From IMG/VR virus record IMGVR_UViG_3300034121_001395: 64,000 bases of DNA. One strand, written 5' to 3'. Under the pieces are notes generated by a model. The model saw only the letters and a program-made list of their open reading frames with translations, did not search any database and was not told the origin of the DNA. A program made the translations under genes and the position numbers. Position 1 is the stretch's first letter, and each line of letters begins with the position of its first letter. The DNA comes from a virus. Shown here piece by piece: positions 10,262-21,072 of the stretch.

Positions 10262-10564
10262 ATGCCGAGCGAAATATCTGACTATATATTTGTAGATGAC
10301 CCTGCAAATGACAAAGTGTATGCAATACGACTTGTTAGTGGGCCGTATGTAGATACCATCTATAAGTATGCAAATATAAAAATAAATGAAGACACAGAAA
10401 AAGAAATGTGTACATTATCGTATGCGTATAATATAATGTCTACTCCAACTGGATGCGATAAAGAAACATTGCATTCTGATGCAGATTTTAAAAACTATAT
10501 CGGAGACGTATTATCTGATATACTTTCAAACCAAGAATATAAAATAGGAAACCATGGAGAATAA
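10262..10564 (+). CDS. gp40-like head vertex assembly chaperone
   Basis: IRLVSGPY...YKY...FKNYIGDVL; located between uvsX and gene 41 as in T4-like phages. Confidence 0.55.
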   Translation: MPSEISDYIFVDDPANDKVYAIRLVSGPYVDTIYKYANIKINEDTEKEMCTLSYAYNIMSTPTGCDKETLHSDADFKNYIGDVLSDILSNQEYKIGNHGE

Positions 10565-11942
10565 TCTTCAAGACATCATAATTAAAAATCTAGTCAATAA
10601 CGAAGCATTTTGTCGTAAAACCCTACCACACCTAAAACCAGAATATTTTGAAGGACATCATAAGGCGATATATGGTCTTATATTGCAGTTTATAACAAAG
10701 TATAATAAACTCCCAAATTCATCATCGTTAGCAATTGAATTTCAACAGTCCGAACATACTCGTCGTACAGACGCAGGCGCAATTGCACAATCAATCTCAA
10801 CGTTAAATGAAAATTTTTCAGTTGAGCATGAATGGTTACTTGTTCAAACTGAAAAGTGGTGTAAAGATCGAGCAGTTCATCTTGCTATTATTGAAGCAGT
10901 TTCTATTATTGATGGCAAGTCTCCTGACAAAGCAGAAGGAGCAATTCCAAGTATACTTAGTAAGGCGCTAAGCGTAACATTTGATACAAACGTTGGGCAT
11001 GATTATCTTGAAAACGTAGATGGTCGCTATGAGTTTTATCACAAGACAGAAGATAAAATTCCCTTTGACTTGGATATGTTTAATACAATTACTGGCGGAG
11101 GCATTCCACGTAAGACGCTAAACATTATTCTCGCTGGTACAGGTTGCGGCAAGAGTTTAGGAATGTGTCATATGGCTGCTGCTGCTCTTGCCCAAGGGCG
11201 AAATGTCTTGTATATTACTCTTGAAATGGCAGAAGAGCGTATTGCAGAACGTATCGATGCTAATTTGCTTGATATACGAATTGATAAAATCAAAGACCTG
11301 TCTCAACGCGAATTTTATTCTCGCGTAGAGGACATCTCTAAACGCACTCATGGAAAACTTATTGTGAAGGAATATCCAACTGCAGCGGCACATGTTGGTC
11401 ACTTTAGAGCACTGCTGCTCGAATTAAAACTTAAAAAGAAGTTTGAACCCGATATCATATATGTAGATTATCTTAATATTTGTGCGTCTTCACGTGTTAA
11501 AGGATTAAGTGGTAGCATCAACACCTATAGTTTTATCAAAAGTATTGCTGAGGAGCTTCGTGGTCTTGCTGTAGAGTTTAATGTCCCAATCTGGAGTGCC
11601 ACTCAGGTGACTCGCGGAGGATTTAATAATTCAGATGTTGAAATTACTGACACCTCTGAATCTTTTGGCTTGCCTGCTACCGCTGACCTCATGATTGCAT
11701 TTATTCGAACTGAACAACTTGACAAAATGAATCAGATTATGGTTAAGCAACTCAAGAATCGTTATAATGATCCAACAAGCAATAAACGATTTACTATTGG
11801 AATTGATCTTTCCAAGATGAGACTATATGATATTTCAGATCCTATGGCAAATATTACCAATGATGGTGATAGTTCTCCAGTAGTAAGCACTCCATTTAAT
11901 AGTCAACGAAAAAATAGAGATTATAGTGACATAAAGGTGTAA
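10554..11942 (+). CDS. replicative DnaB-like helicase (T4 gp41)
   Basis: AGTGCGKS, LEMAEE, VDYLNI, SESFGLPATAD, QLKNRY. Confidence 0.95.
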   Translation: MENNLQDIIIKNLVNNEAFCRKTLPHLKPEYFEGHHKAIYGLILQFITKYNKLPNSSSLAIEFQQSEHTRRTDAGAIAQSISTLNENFSVEHEWLLVQTEKWCKDRAVHLAIIEAVSIIDGKSPDKAEGAIPSILSKALSVTFDTNVGHDYLENVDGRYEFYHKTEDKIPFDLDMFNTITGGGIPRKTLNIILAGTGCGKSLGMCHMAAAALAQGRNVLYITLEMAEERIAERIDANLLDIRIDKIKDLSQREFYSRVEDISKRTHGKLIVKEYPTAAAHVGHFRALLLELKLKKKFEPDIIYVDYLNICASSRVKGLSGSINTYSFIKSIAEELRGLAVEFNVPIWSATQVTRGGFNNSDVEITDTSESFGLPATADLMIAFIRTEQLDKMNQIMVKQLKNRYNDPTSNKRFTIGIDLSKMRLYDISDPMANITNDGDSSPVVSTPFNSQRKNRDYSDIKV

Positions 11943-11980
11943 TTTTATAAATAATACAAATATTATTATAAATAGCTTAT

Positions 11981-13513
11981 ATGTCAAAACTAACCGAATT
12001 TAAACGTTACCTAACAGAGGCGCTCTCTACATCATCTGTAGAAAAAGCTGCATTCATTATTCAACGCTACCTTAAGAAAAAGACTGGTACTACATTTTTT
12101 AAATATCCTGGATTAGAAAAATACAAGAATCCTAATGGCACTGGTTTTGGACTACGTCTCTATACTACAAAGCGCAACCAAAGTATTCGTTTTAACTGGA
12201 CTCAAAGCTCGCTTGCTGGTTTAAATAACTTAACATCTATTGATTACTGGAATGGTAAGAGCCCAACTCCATTTCATATTGAATTTGATCAGAGTGTCTC
12301 TCTTGTAAAGACATTGCCAATTGTTGCTGATATTATAATTGCAGGCACTGTTGAACTTGGCAAGATTATGTCTATGCCTGACGAGGTGCCACTCTATGAA
12401 GGAGTGCTAAATGAAGCACGTAGCAGTCATGACTTTGAAGCTATTTTTGATGAGATTGCTGACTATCTTGTTGACCCAAACTTTGTAAAAAGTAAGATTT
12501 ACAGCATGTACGGCATTCCTGGAGTCAAGATTTTTGACGCTCTTTCGGCAGCATATCCAAACTATATTGAAAAGCAAGGCATCAAGTATGTTTGGGTCGG
12601 CAAGGCAAAAGACTTAAAGCAAATCAAAGCTGAAAAGGGAAAGATTATGGCTCGTATTGGAGTCGTGGCCGGTGTCGTTTCTAAAGGTGCTGCTAAAGAA
12701 AAATACAGTTATTCTCCGGAAGTAGAACAAATTGAAGCAGATCGTGAGCGCCTATCATTTGAAGCTCAGCTAAAAGATCTTGAAAATCTCGTTAAACTTA
12801 CAGTGAGTGGCGCATCAAATGCGCTCTTTGTTTCTGGTAAGGGTGGAGTTGGTAAAACCCATACAACTGAAAAGATACTTGCTGATATGGGACTGCGCGA
12901 TGGCAATGGTTATTTTAAAAATACCGGTTCCGCAAGTGCTGCTGGTCTCTATTCATTGTTGTTCCGTTACAAAAATGATATTGTTTTCTTTGATGATAGC
13001 GACGACGCACTTGGCGATCAGGAAGCTCGTAACCTATTAAAGGCTGCTACTGACACCAAAAAGATTCGTAAACTTGTTTGGAATAAAATGGGTAAAAATG
13101 TTGTCGATCCTGAAAACGACATGAGTGATGACGAAATTATTGACCAAGGATTGATTCCTCGTTACTTTGAATTTACTGGTAAAATTATCTTTATCTCAAA
13201 CCTTAACCTTGACAAACTTGATCCAGATGGTGCACTACGTACACGTGCTTTTATCATCAACATCGATCCTACTGAAGTTGAAATCTATGACTTTATGGAA
13301 AAGATTGTAGGAGATATGAAGCTTGAAGACGGTCTTTCACTTGATCAAAAAGCTCGTTTGCATGTTGTTGATTTGCTTCGTAAGGGTAAGAGCAGACAAA
13401 GCGCCAACCTTCGCAAACTCTCACGTGGCTTGAATATGGCTGCAGGAGCACTTGCTGCCGGTGTTGAAGTTTCCGACGGCGATCTTGCTCGTATGATTGA
13501 GTCTTACGCATAA
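11981..13513 (+). CDS. AAA-type ATPase with capsid-targeting-like N-terminus
   Basis: GKGGVGKT, FFDDSD, IIFISN, ALRTR; N-terminal EFKRYLTEA; two TATAAATA upstream. Confidence 0.75.
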   Translation: MSKLTEFKRYLTEALSTSSVEKAAFIIQRYLKKKTGTTFFKYPGLEKYKNPNGTGFGLRLYTTKRNQSIRFNWTQSSLAGLNNLTSIDYWNGKSPTPFHIEFDQSVSLVKTLPIVADIIIAGTVELGKIMSMPDEVPLYEGVLNEARSSHDFEAIFDEIADYLVDPNFVKSKIYSMYGIPGVKIFDALSAAYPNYIEKQGIKYVWVGKAKDLKQIKAEKGKIMARIGVVAGVVSKGAAKEKYSYSPEVEQIEADRERLSFEAQLKDLENLVKLTVSGASNALFVSGKGGVGKTHTTEKILADMGLRDGNGYFKNTGSASAAGLYSLLFRYKNDIVFFDDSDDALGDQEARNLLKAATDTKKIRKLVWNKMGKNVVDPENDMSDDEIIDQGLIPRYFEFTGKIIFISNLNLDKLDPDGALRTRAFIINIDPTEVEIYDFMEKIVGDMKLEDGLSLDQKARLHVVDLLRKGKSRQSANLRKLSRGLNMAAGALAAGVEVSDGDLARMIESYA

Positions 13514-13533
13514 TCGTTTAGCATATACAATTA

Positions 13534-13570
13534 AAAAAACGGGGTCTTCTATGAGGATCCCGTTTTTTTA
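13534..13570 (+). terminator. intrinsic terminator
   Basis: ACGGGGTCTTC/GAGGATCCCGT hairpin plus T run. Confidence 0.75.
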
Positions 13571-13584
13571 TAAGTAGTTTTAGA

Positions 13585-14049
13585 ATGATAAGTATCAAGG
13601 TACATGGCGCCAGACGTGACCGCCGCCTTTACAATCTTATAAAAAATGCTGCATATTTTTATCTAAAAACACTGTGTCCACGCATTCGAAAGATACGCAT
13701 AGTAATTCAACTTATTGATAATTTGTCAGAATCTGAACGTGTGCATGGTGACTGTTGTCAATGTGGAGTCGATGAACCAGACATTGACTATATTGTAAGA
13801 CTCAATAAAAGTGATTCATATCATCTTATATTAACGATACTAGCACATGAAATGGTTCATCTTAAGCAGTATGTTCGAAGAGAGCTTGTCCTTTATAGCG
13901 GCGACAACGAAGGTGCCCGATGGAAAGGAGTCTACTGTTCAGAATATGACTATGACTCTGCTCCGTGGGAAAAGGAAGCGGATGAATACGAACTTGAACT
14001 CTATATGGCATTTTTTGAAAACTGTTCATTGTTGAAAGAGTATAAATAG
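13585..14049 (+). CDS. HExxH metallopeptidase-like protein
   Basis: LAHEMVHLKQY...PWEKEA. Confidence 0.75.
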   Translation: MISIKVHGARRDRRLYNLIKNAAYFYLKTLCPRIRKIRIVIQLIDNLSESERVHGDCCQCGVDEPDIDYIVRLNKSDSYHLILTILAHEMVHLKQYVRRELVLYSGDNEGARWKGVYCSEYDYDSAPWEKEADEYELELYMAFFENCSLLKEYK

Positions 14050-14065
14050 TTAACAGACACAAAGC

Positions 14066-15004
14066 ATGAAAAGTTTTAAACAATATATTTATGAAATTGA
14101 ATCTATGATGACCTACGATAACTTAGTAAATATTTTAATTTCATTAGGGTATGACAAAATTAAAAAAATATCTGGAAATAAAATTGCAGTTCTTGTTAAT
14201 GATAACCGAGTAACAACTCTTGAAAAAATTAATAAGAATATTAAAGGATCAATATACGATAGAAATCCTAGTTCTGAAAGTAGTGTAGGACGTGTTAACA
14301 TATCAGGCTTTTCTATTCTAGCTAAACCAGCTTCTAAACAGGGAAGCGCCAGTGCTGGTGTAGAAAACGAACAAATTATTGTCGACACGATCAATAAAAG
14401 AACAAAAACTGGTCCAATTAATGTAATTTTTAAAGCAAAGAATAAAAAATTCACTGTTTTAAATTGTGTTAAAGCCATTCAAGTTGGAGGAGATACTGCT
14501 GGAAGAAAAAAGGCAGATATTGTATTAATTAATTCAAAAAATAAGAGATATCCAATTTCAATTAAAAAGGATAATGCCGAAACATGGGAAAGCGCAGATA
14601 GTTATTTTGGTCCTACTGCATTAAAAATAATCAAAAAGGCAATAAAAGACAAAAAAACTAAACTTGTCAGCGAAGGCAGTTATTTTAAAATAGAACCTAA
14701 CATTGCAGTTGAAGCCACACAAGCAGAAAAACAAGCCGTTGTTTTTGGTTCAGATTTAGAAAATGGCGGAGCGGTTGTCACAAAAACATTTGGTAGTTCG
14801 TCATTTTCTGATGACGGCGATACTTTAGTTGTTGATTGCTCTCACATAATTACATCTTTAAGTGATGTTAAAGGAGACAAGGACGTATATTTTCTTATAA
14901 GAAATGATAAGACTCGTAAATCATTAAAGGAATATCCTGGCATTAGAATATTAGCTGTCTATACAAAGAGAATAAACCAAAACGTAGTAGTCGTTAAACG
15001 TTAA
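14066..15004 (+). CDS. late protein with possible PD-(D/E)xK nuclease fold
   Basis: MKSFKQYIYE leader; ENE...KKADIVL...ISIKK. Confidence 0.55.
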   Translation: MKSFKQYIYEIESMMTYDNLVNILISLGYDKIKKISGNKIAVLVNDNRVTTLEKINKNIKGSIYDRNPSSESSVGRVNISGFSILAKPASKQGSASAGVENEQIIVDTINKRTKTGPINVIFKAKNKKFTVLNCVKAIQVGGDTAGRKKADIVLINSKNKRYPISIKKDNAETWESADSYFGPTALKIIKKAIKDKKTKLVSEGSYFKIEPNIAVEATQAEKQAVVFGSDLENGGAVVTKTFGSSSFSDDGDTLVVDCSHIITSLSDVKGDKDVYFLIRNDKTRKSLKEYPGIRILAVYTKRINQNVVVVKR

Positions 15005-15012
15005 TTTATTTT

Positions 15013-16251
15013 ATGATTACTTTTAAACAATACATAACAGAAGCAAGTACGGAAGGTAAAAATCTTCATATGGTTCATATTGAGGATCAAGTGCTCTATG
15101 GCGGTGTAAAGGGCGCTCGTGAAGCAATCATTGCATTACGCAGTATGAGAGACATGTTAGCTGGAAACAGTCCACAATCATATGATGTTGCTGCAAAGTT
15201 TGACGGTGCTCCAGCAATATTTGTTGGAACTGATCCATCAGACGGAGCATTTTTTGTTGCCAAGAAAGGCATCTTTAATAAAAATCCAAAAGTCTATAAG
15301 AGTGAGCGTGATATTAAGGCTGATACAAGTGGCGACCTTGCAGAAAAATTAACTGTAGCATTTAATGAATTTAAAAAACTAGGCATTAAAGGAGTATTGC
15401 AAGGAGATCTTGCCTATACACAAAAAGATTTAAAGACAGAACGTTTTGACGGTGTTGAATATCTTACATTTCAACCAAACACAATTGTCTATGCAATTCC
15501 TGCTGACAGCACTCTTGCAAAAACTATAAAGGCATCTAAGATTGGTGTAATGTTTCATACACAATACTCTGGAGACTCTTTTGAAACGATGAAGGCATCA
15601 TATGGCTTTGATTCAGGCACTCTTAAAAAGACGTCTGGTGTATGGTTTTCAGACACATACATACGTGACCTGTCTGGCAAGGCTACGCTCACTGCCGCAG
15701 AAACCGATCAGTTAACGGCTAAACTTTCTGAGGCTGGACGTATTTTCCAAAAGATATCGGGCAGCACACTTCGTCAAATTGAAGCAGACCCAACTCTTGC
15801 TCAAACACTCGAGACATTCAATAATACATTCGTTCGTCGTGGAGAAGTTGTCACAAATACCACTCAACACGTGCAACGACTGGTAGATTGGGTGAGTGAC
15901 CGGTTTCAAAAAGACATTGAATCTAAAAAGAGCGAAAAGGGAAAGCTCGCTGCAACTGGAAAGCGCGATGAGTTTATGTCATTCTTTTCTGATTCAAACA
16001 AAGCAAACTTAGACCTCATCTATCAACTACAAAATGCACTCATTGATGCCAAGCTTATTATTATACGCAAACTTGACACTCTTAAAAAGATGAAGACATT
16101 TGTGCGCACTTCAAGTGGCTTTCAAGTGACTCCACAAGAAGGCTTTGCTATCAATGACAGAATCAAACATAATGTCGTTAAGCTTGTCGACCGCATGACC
16201 TTCTCTAAGAATAATTTTGATCCCGCGATATTAAAGGGGTGGTCACATTAG
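15013..16251 (+). CDS. conserved T4-like protein with ligase-like KxDG motif (DUF6267-like)
   Basis: KNLHMVHIED, KFDGAPA, QGD, EGF, KLVDR. Confidence 0.7.
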   Translation: MITFKQYITEASTEGKNLHMVHIEDQVLYGGVKGAREAIIALRSMRDMLAGNSPQSYDVAAKFDGAPAIFVGTDPSDGAFFVAKKGIFNKNPKVYKSERDIKADTSGDLAEKLTVAFNEFKKLGIKGVLQGDLAYTQKDLKTERFDGVEYLTFQPNTIVYAIPADSTLAKTIKASKIGVMFHTQYSGDSFETMKASYGFDSGTLKKTSGVWFSDTYIRDLSGKATLTAAETDQLTAKLSEAGRIFQKISGSTLRQIEADPTLAQTLETFNNTFVRRGEVVTNTTQHVQRLVDWVSDRFQKDIESKKSEKGKLAATGKRDEFMSFFSDSNKANLDLIYQLQNALIDAKLIIIRKLDTLKKMKTFVRTSSGFQVTPQEGFAINDRIKHNVVKLVDRMTFSKNNFDPAILKGWSH

Positions 16252-16280
16252 TGTAAAAGTTGTTTTTTATAAATAACTTT

Positions 16281-17171
16281 ATGCCACACTTATATGAAAT
16301 ACATTTATTAGATCGAAAGGAATCTGGATTGTTACCATGGAAATATAGTGGATCTTCATATAATGATGAACCTTTTTATTTTGGTTCATCGTGTCATCCA
16401 GACTACAAAAATCATTTTAATATTTCATCAAATTTAAAAAAAGTTAAAAAAATTATTATTAAACAGTATAGTAAAACTGATATAAGCCCAATAGAATTGC
16501 GAATTAAAGAATCACAATGGCAAAAGAATAATAATCATAAATATGATGACGAATATTATAATTTATCTGATTCTATTCACCCGGTAGCAGATAATCAAAT
16601 TTCTAAAGAGAAAATATCTAATACATTAAAACGAAAGGGAATAACGCCATATTCATCTAAAACTCATTCACATGAAGCGCTGTCTAAAGCAAAGGCAACA
16701 AAAGAATTAAAGGGATTCAAGTGGTATTATTGTCCGCAAACGTTAGAATCAAAAATGTTTGCAGTTAAAATAGGAGATGTTCCTCCTATATCATGGTTAC
16801 CTGGAAAAAAACCAAAAACAAAATATAATAAGAAACCACTAGGCCAACGTTGGGAAGTGTATAAAAATGGAAATAAAATTTGGGAAGGTCAAAACCTTAA
16901 AAAGTGGTCAATAGAAAATTCTTTAATTGGATTACCATATAATATACACTTATATAAAAAGAGAGAAATAGCTTCAACTCATATTATTTCTAGATCAAAA
17001 GTCACAAATACTATAATTTTTGATGGTCATGATACTGGATTACTTCAATACCAATTTTCAATATTACATGAGTGTTCGTCATCATATATTTCTACAATTA
17101 TAAATGGAACTGGCATATTTTATAAGTATTGTATAGCAGAATATAATGCTATAAAAATTAAAGAGAGGTAA
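16281..17171 (+). CDS. Seg-like (divergent GIY-YIG) homing endonuclease
   Basis: HLY...KYSGS, YFGSS, YYNL; AT-rich; TATAAATA upstream. Confidence 0.65.
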   Translation: MPHLYEIHLLDRKESGLLPWKYSGSSYNDEPFYFGSSCHPDYKNHFNISSNLKKVKKIIIKQYSKTDISPIELRIKESQWQKNNNHKYDDEYYNLSDSIHPVADNQISKEKISNTLKRKGITPYSSKTHSHEALSKAKATKELKGFKWYYCPQTLESKMFAVKIGDVPPISWLPGKKPKTKYNKKPLGQRWEVYKNGNKIWEGQNLKKWSIENSLIGLPYNIHLYKKREIASTHIISRSKVTNTIIFDGHDTGLLQYQFSILHECSSSYISTIINGTGIFYKYCIAEYNAIKIKER

Positions 17172-17174
17172 GCG

Positions 17175-17804
17175 ATGCCATACTTAAATCATAACACTCC
17201 GAATATTACATGTTTCATAAGAAACGAATATCTTTTTAATCATGAAAAGGGTCATGGCGAATATACTCCTGCTAATATACACTCAGTAGCTTCTATTGAA
17301 AATCGTGTTCCACTCTTTGAAGCATTCTTGTCGAATGGTGTAAACTGGACCCGTCGTCCGCTGTCTGCGTTTTGTTGGAAAGAGTGTGATCCGCTTCCAC
17401 TCGAAGAGCTTATCTACTGGGACTGCTTTAGTCCGTATATTGATGTTTCTATTCGCTCTCGCTTTAGGGGTTTGAGAGCGGAACTTATAACTCCATCAAC
17501 TGCTAAAGTCTGGGGTGAATATCTCTTTACTCTTGATTGGGCTTGGGAAAATAAAGGGGTATTAGACACAAACTTTTCAGAGACAAGCGAACATAAGTGC
17601 GCTCATCTTTTTAAAGCGGACAGTGGTCATTTTTATGCATATCCAAACAATCGAATCTTGTGGCATGACAAAGCATGGAGTGATGAGCCTATAACATGCA
17701 ATCCAGGATATAAAATTGATAGCAATATATACAGTGTAGAAAACACAAAAGTTAGCTATACTGATGATCAATATATGACAAACTTTACAGTAACACCATC
17801 ATGA
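17175..17804 (+). CDS. conserved phage hypothetical protein
   Basis: YLNHN...WDCFS...YLFTLDW...EHKC...YPNNRILW family pattern. Confidence 0.75.
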   Translation: MPYLNHNTPNITCFIRNEYLFNHEKGHGEYTPANIHSVASIENRVPLFEAFLSNGVNWTRRPLSAFCWKECDPLPLEELIYWDCFSPYIDVSIRSRFRGLRAELITPSTAKVWGEYLFTLDWAWENKGVLDTNFSETSEHKCAHLFKADSGHFYAYPNNRILWHDKAWSDEPITCNPGYKIDSNIYSVENTKVSYTDDQYMTNFTVTPS

Positions 17805-18247
17805 TGCAATCATTTAAAGAATTTTTATTGGAGAATACTGCCTATTATAGAGGCTTGTCAAAGAGTACGTCTGATAAACGAAGCGCTCATTTTAATCGTC
17901 AGACCCGTATGAGTGATGATGATGCAGACGCGTACAAACCTGCGCCTGGAGATGCACGCGCCGATACAAAGACGTCTAAATGGACGCAGGCATATGCCGA
18001 CAAATACGGAGAAGATCTTGAAGAATCAGAAACAAGTGCACTTCAAAAGAAAGCAGAAAAGACTGGCATAGCATACAGCATTCTTAAAAAAGTATTTGAT
18101 CGCGGCATGGCTGCATGGAAAACTGGTCATCGGCCAGGAGCCTCACAGCACCAGTGGGCATATGCTCGCGTCAACAGCTTTATTATGGGTGGACCTACTC
18201 AAAAGACTACAGATGCTGACCTGTGGGCGCAGCATAAGGGTAAATAA
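17801..18247 (+). CDS. late virion-associated hypothetical protein
   Basis: QSFKEFLLE leader; RGMAAWKTGHRPGASQHQWAYARVNSF. Confidence 0.7.
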   Translation: MMQSFKEFLLENTAYYRGLSKSTSDKRSAHFNRQTRMSDDDADAYKPAPGDARADTKTSKWTQAYADKYGEDLEESETSALQKKAEKTGIAYSILKKVFDRGMAAWKTGHRPGASQHQWAYARVNSFIMGGPTQKTTDADLWAQHKGK

Positions 18248-18268
18248 GTATAAATATATAATCTGCAT

Positions 18269-18955
18269 ATGAAAAAAGAAGTAAGACTCAAAGATCTACT
18301 AACAGTTGACCCTACAGATGGCTCATATAACTATGATCCACTCGACATTATGATCACTGCATACAAAAAACGCAAACGAGATTGGATGATCAGTGAAGAG
18401 GACCCAGAATGTGAGTGTCCAGCAGACTGTGACTGTGACTGTGACTGTCATGACATAGAAGAGTCTGTCTATGATACTATGTCAAAACATGAGTTGAATG
18501 CAGAACTTCGTAGAATTAATGACGAACTTAAAAAATTAAAGTCTGCTGAAAAAACAAAAGACACACTCAACAAAATAGGAATATTGACTAATGCTCGTGA
18601 TAGTGTGCTAGAAATGCTAAAGGAAGAAACAATTGTTGAAGTATTAACTATTCAGCAGCGTATGGCACGCCGTGCAGCTATGCGTCGACTCAAGAGTCGC
18701 ATAAAGGTTGGTCGCGAGCGGGCAAAACGCCGTCGCGCATCAAATGAAGTATTAAAAGCTCGTGCACGTCGTGCAGCTCGTAACCAACTAGCTAAACGTT
18801 TACTTGGAGGCAAGAGCAAAAGTGAAGTATCCTATGCTGCACGTTCACGAGTTGAAAAGGCGCTGTCAAAACAAAAAAATCTTATAAATTCTTTAGCAGC
18901 AAAGTTATTAACACAAGTACGGGCAAAGGAAGTTGCACGATTTAGAAAAAAATAA
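18269..18955 (+). CDS. Arg-rich late protein (probable core/DNA-binding)
   Basis: very basic C-terminal half; CDCDCDC tract. Confidence 0.65.
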   Translation: MKKEVRLKDLLTVDPTDGSYNYDPLDIMITAYKKRKRDWMISEEDPECECPADCDCDCDCHDIEESVYDTMSKHELNAELRRINDELKKLKSAEKTKDTLNKIGILTNARDSVLEMLKEETIVEVLTIQQRMARRAAMRRLKSRIKVGRERAKRRRASNEVLKARARRAARNQLAKRLLGGKSKSEVSYAARSRVEKALSKQKNLINSLAAKLLTQVRAKEVARFRKK

Positions 18956-18959
18956 AATT

Positions 18960-20015
18960 ATGGGAGTTCACTTAAAATCATTTAAGACATACACTGAAGA
19001 AAAGACTTCTGAAATTATAGTTTCTTTTGGCCGTTTTAATCCGCCTACACGCGGCCATGAAGAAAACATTGAAGCCATAGCAAAACTTGCAAAAGGTAAA
19101 CCATTTAGAATATACGCATCTCAAAGTGAAGATCCAAAGAAAAATCCTTTGGGTTATGAAGAAAAGATTAAATTTATGCGTAAAATGTTTCCACAATATG
19201 GTCGCAATATTATATTAGATCGGTCTGTTAAAAATGTATTTGACATAGCAACAAGTGCATATGATGAAGGTTATACTCGCTTTACAGTTGCTGTTGGTAG
19301 CGATCGTGTTGAAGAGTTTAAGGCATTGCTTCGTAAATATGATGGCGTAAAGGGCACGCATGGCTATTATAAATTTCCTGATGGCATAAACATTGCATCT
19401 ACTGGTCAGCGTGATCCTGATATTGACAGTCGTACTGGTGCAAGCACCTTTGCCATTAGTGCTAGCAAGATGAGAAGCGCAGCAGCAGACAATGATCTTG
19501 AAACGTTTGCGAAAGGCGTGCCAAAAACATACGGCGATGTAAAGGATCTTTTTAATGCAGTGCGCAAAGGCATGGGACTAAAAGAAAGTCATAGTTTTAG
19601 AAAACACGTTCAGTTTGATACCTTAAGTGAAACTCGTGAACGCTATATCTCTGGAGAAATATACAACATTGGAGACTCTGTAGTGGCAATAAAAGACAAC
19701 ACAGAATATAAGATTGCCAGTCGTGGTCCTAACTATGTCACGTGTGTAAATGAAACTGAAGACAAACAAGTTAAATTTTTTATACATGACATACGAGAAA
19801 AGTTGATGCTCGACGAAGAAACATGGGAGGCTGGTTATGAGCGTCGAGTTGTAAAGGTTACCAAACCAGATCGTTTAGAAGCTGGATATAAATGGAGAAT
19901 AAAGGGCAAAGATGACTCTTCACGTACAATTAAATATTACAAAGACAAACCAGACTTTGAAGAATTTAAAGCACAAATGCAAAGAGTAGCAGGTCATGAA
20001 TTTGGAACTCGATGA
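18960..20015 (+). CDS. cytidyltransferase-like (HIGH superfamily) protein
   Basis: FGRFNPPTRGHE, VGSDRV, SASKMR. Confidence 0.85.
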   Translation: MGVHLKSFKTYTEEKTSEIIVSFGRFNPPTRGHEENIEAIAKLAKGKPFRIYASQSEDPKKNPLGYEEKIKFMRKMFPQYGRNIILDRSVKNVFDIATSAYDEGYTRFTVAVGSDRVEEFKALLRKYDGVKGTHGYYKFPDGINIASTGQRDPDIDSRTGASTFAISASKMRSAAADNDLETFAKGVPKTYGDVKDLFNAVRKGMGLKESHSFRKHVQFDTLSETRERYISGEIYNIGDSVVAIKDNTEYKIASRGPNYVTCVNETEDKQVKFFIHDIREKLMLDEETWEAGYERRVVKVTKPDRLEAGYKWRIKGKDDSSRTIKYYKDKPDFEEFKAQMQRVAGHEFGTR

Positions 20016-21072
20016 AGAATATGGTGCCGGCTTTGAGGGCACAAAAGGCCTATTGTATAAATATATAAAAGACACACCTGGGCAAAGCATACAACAATAT
20101 ATGAAAACTAAAAGCTTATCTGAAATACTAAAAAAGAGTGATCCAGTCGGAGATTGGATTCGTGATTTTATTAACAGCGACAACTCCCGCTTCTCCGGAA
20201 AGTCAAAAAAAGAACGCATTAATATGGCACTTGGAGCATACTATGCTGCTCAACGCAATGAGAGCACAACAGAAGTTGGACTTGAAGAAAGCACAGTATC
20301 AGCAAGTCAAATCAATCGATATATCGATACAGAAAACTGGAAAGCAATTGCTGACTTAATGAAGGGTCTAAACGATGATGAACACGAATTGTGGGCAAAA
20401 AACGGTTATGATGGACGTACCTATGAGTTGTTAATGAAAACTCGTAAGAAAACTCGTAAAGAGTCTGTAGAACTTGATGAAATGCGCGAACTCTATGCTG
20501 TAGTAGACACTACAGACGGCACAGTAGTTGCAACCGCATCAAGTGAAGACGGAGCAAAGCGTAGCATACGCAGCGCTCACCTTCCACCAATTTCAAGTGA
20601 GCATCCTTCAAAGCTAAAGATTGTAAAGACTAAAAAGACTGCGCAGGTTGGCTATCCAATCAAGGAAGAAACAAATAAATTGACAGAAAAGATTGATGTC
20701 GAAGCTTTGCTTGATGCTGCGGTAGCGCTTAGGAAAAAGAATCCACAATTACGCAAAGGTCAAAGCATTATGATTGCTTTACATGATGTGGATAAAAAAG
20801 CATATGATAATGCTAGAAATAAAGCTGATGCATTTAATAATGACTCTAAAATTCCACAACTAATTCAATTATTAGATCCTTCTTATTATAAAGAAGAGAA
20901 AAATTTAGAAGAAAGTCCTTCATTAGACACTCTTCGTATCATGAAGATAGTCTCACTTGCTACTGGATGTAAAGATCTAGACTCACTCTATGAGTACGCA
21001 TCCACATCACCAAACTATTCTTCAATCGTAGAACTAAAAGAAAACTTTAATAAGTATATTCAACAAGCATGA
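19996..21072 (+). CDS. late multi-domain hypothetical protein (alternative start 20101)
   Basis: acidic LxE linkers; internal TATAAATA at 20056-20063. Confidence 0.6.
   Translation: MNLELDEEYGAGFEGTKGLLYKYIKDTPGQSIQQYMKTKSLSEILKKSDPVGDWIRDFINSDNSRFSGKSKKERINMALGAYYAAQRNESTTEVGLEESTVSASQINRYIDTENWKAIADLMKGLNDDEHELWAKNGYDGRTYELLMKTRKKTRKESVELDEMRELYAVVDTTDGTVVATASSEDGAKRSIRSAHLPPISSEHPSKLKIVKTKKTAQVGYPIKEETNKLTEKIDVEALLDAAVALRKKNPQLRKGQSIMIALHDVDKKAYDNARNKADAFNNDSKIPQLIQLLDPSYYKEEKNLEESPSLDTLRIMKIVSLATGCKDLDSLYEYASTSPNYSSIVELKENFNKYIQQA

Noticed and set aside
18425-18449. GACTGT tandem repeat as a phase-variation tract
   Set aside because: In-frame hexamer encoding Asp-Cys; cannot shift the frame.
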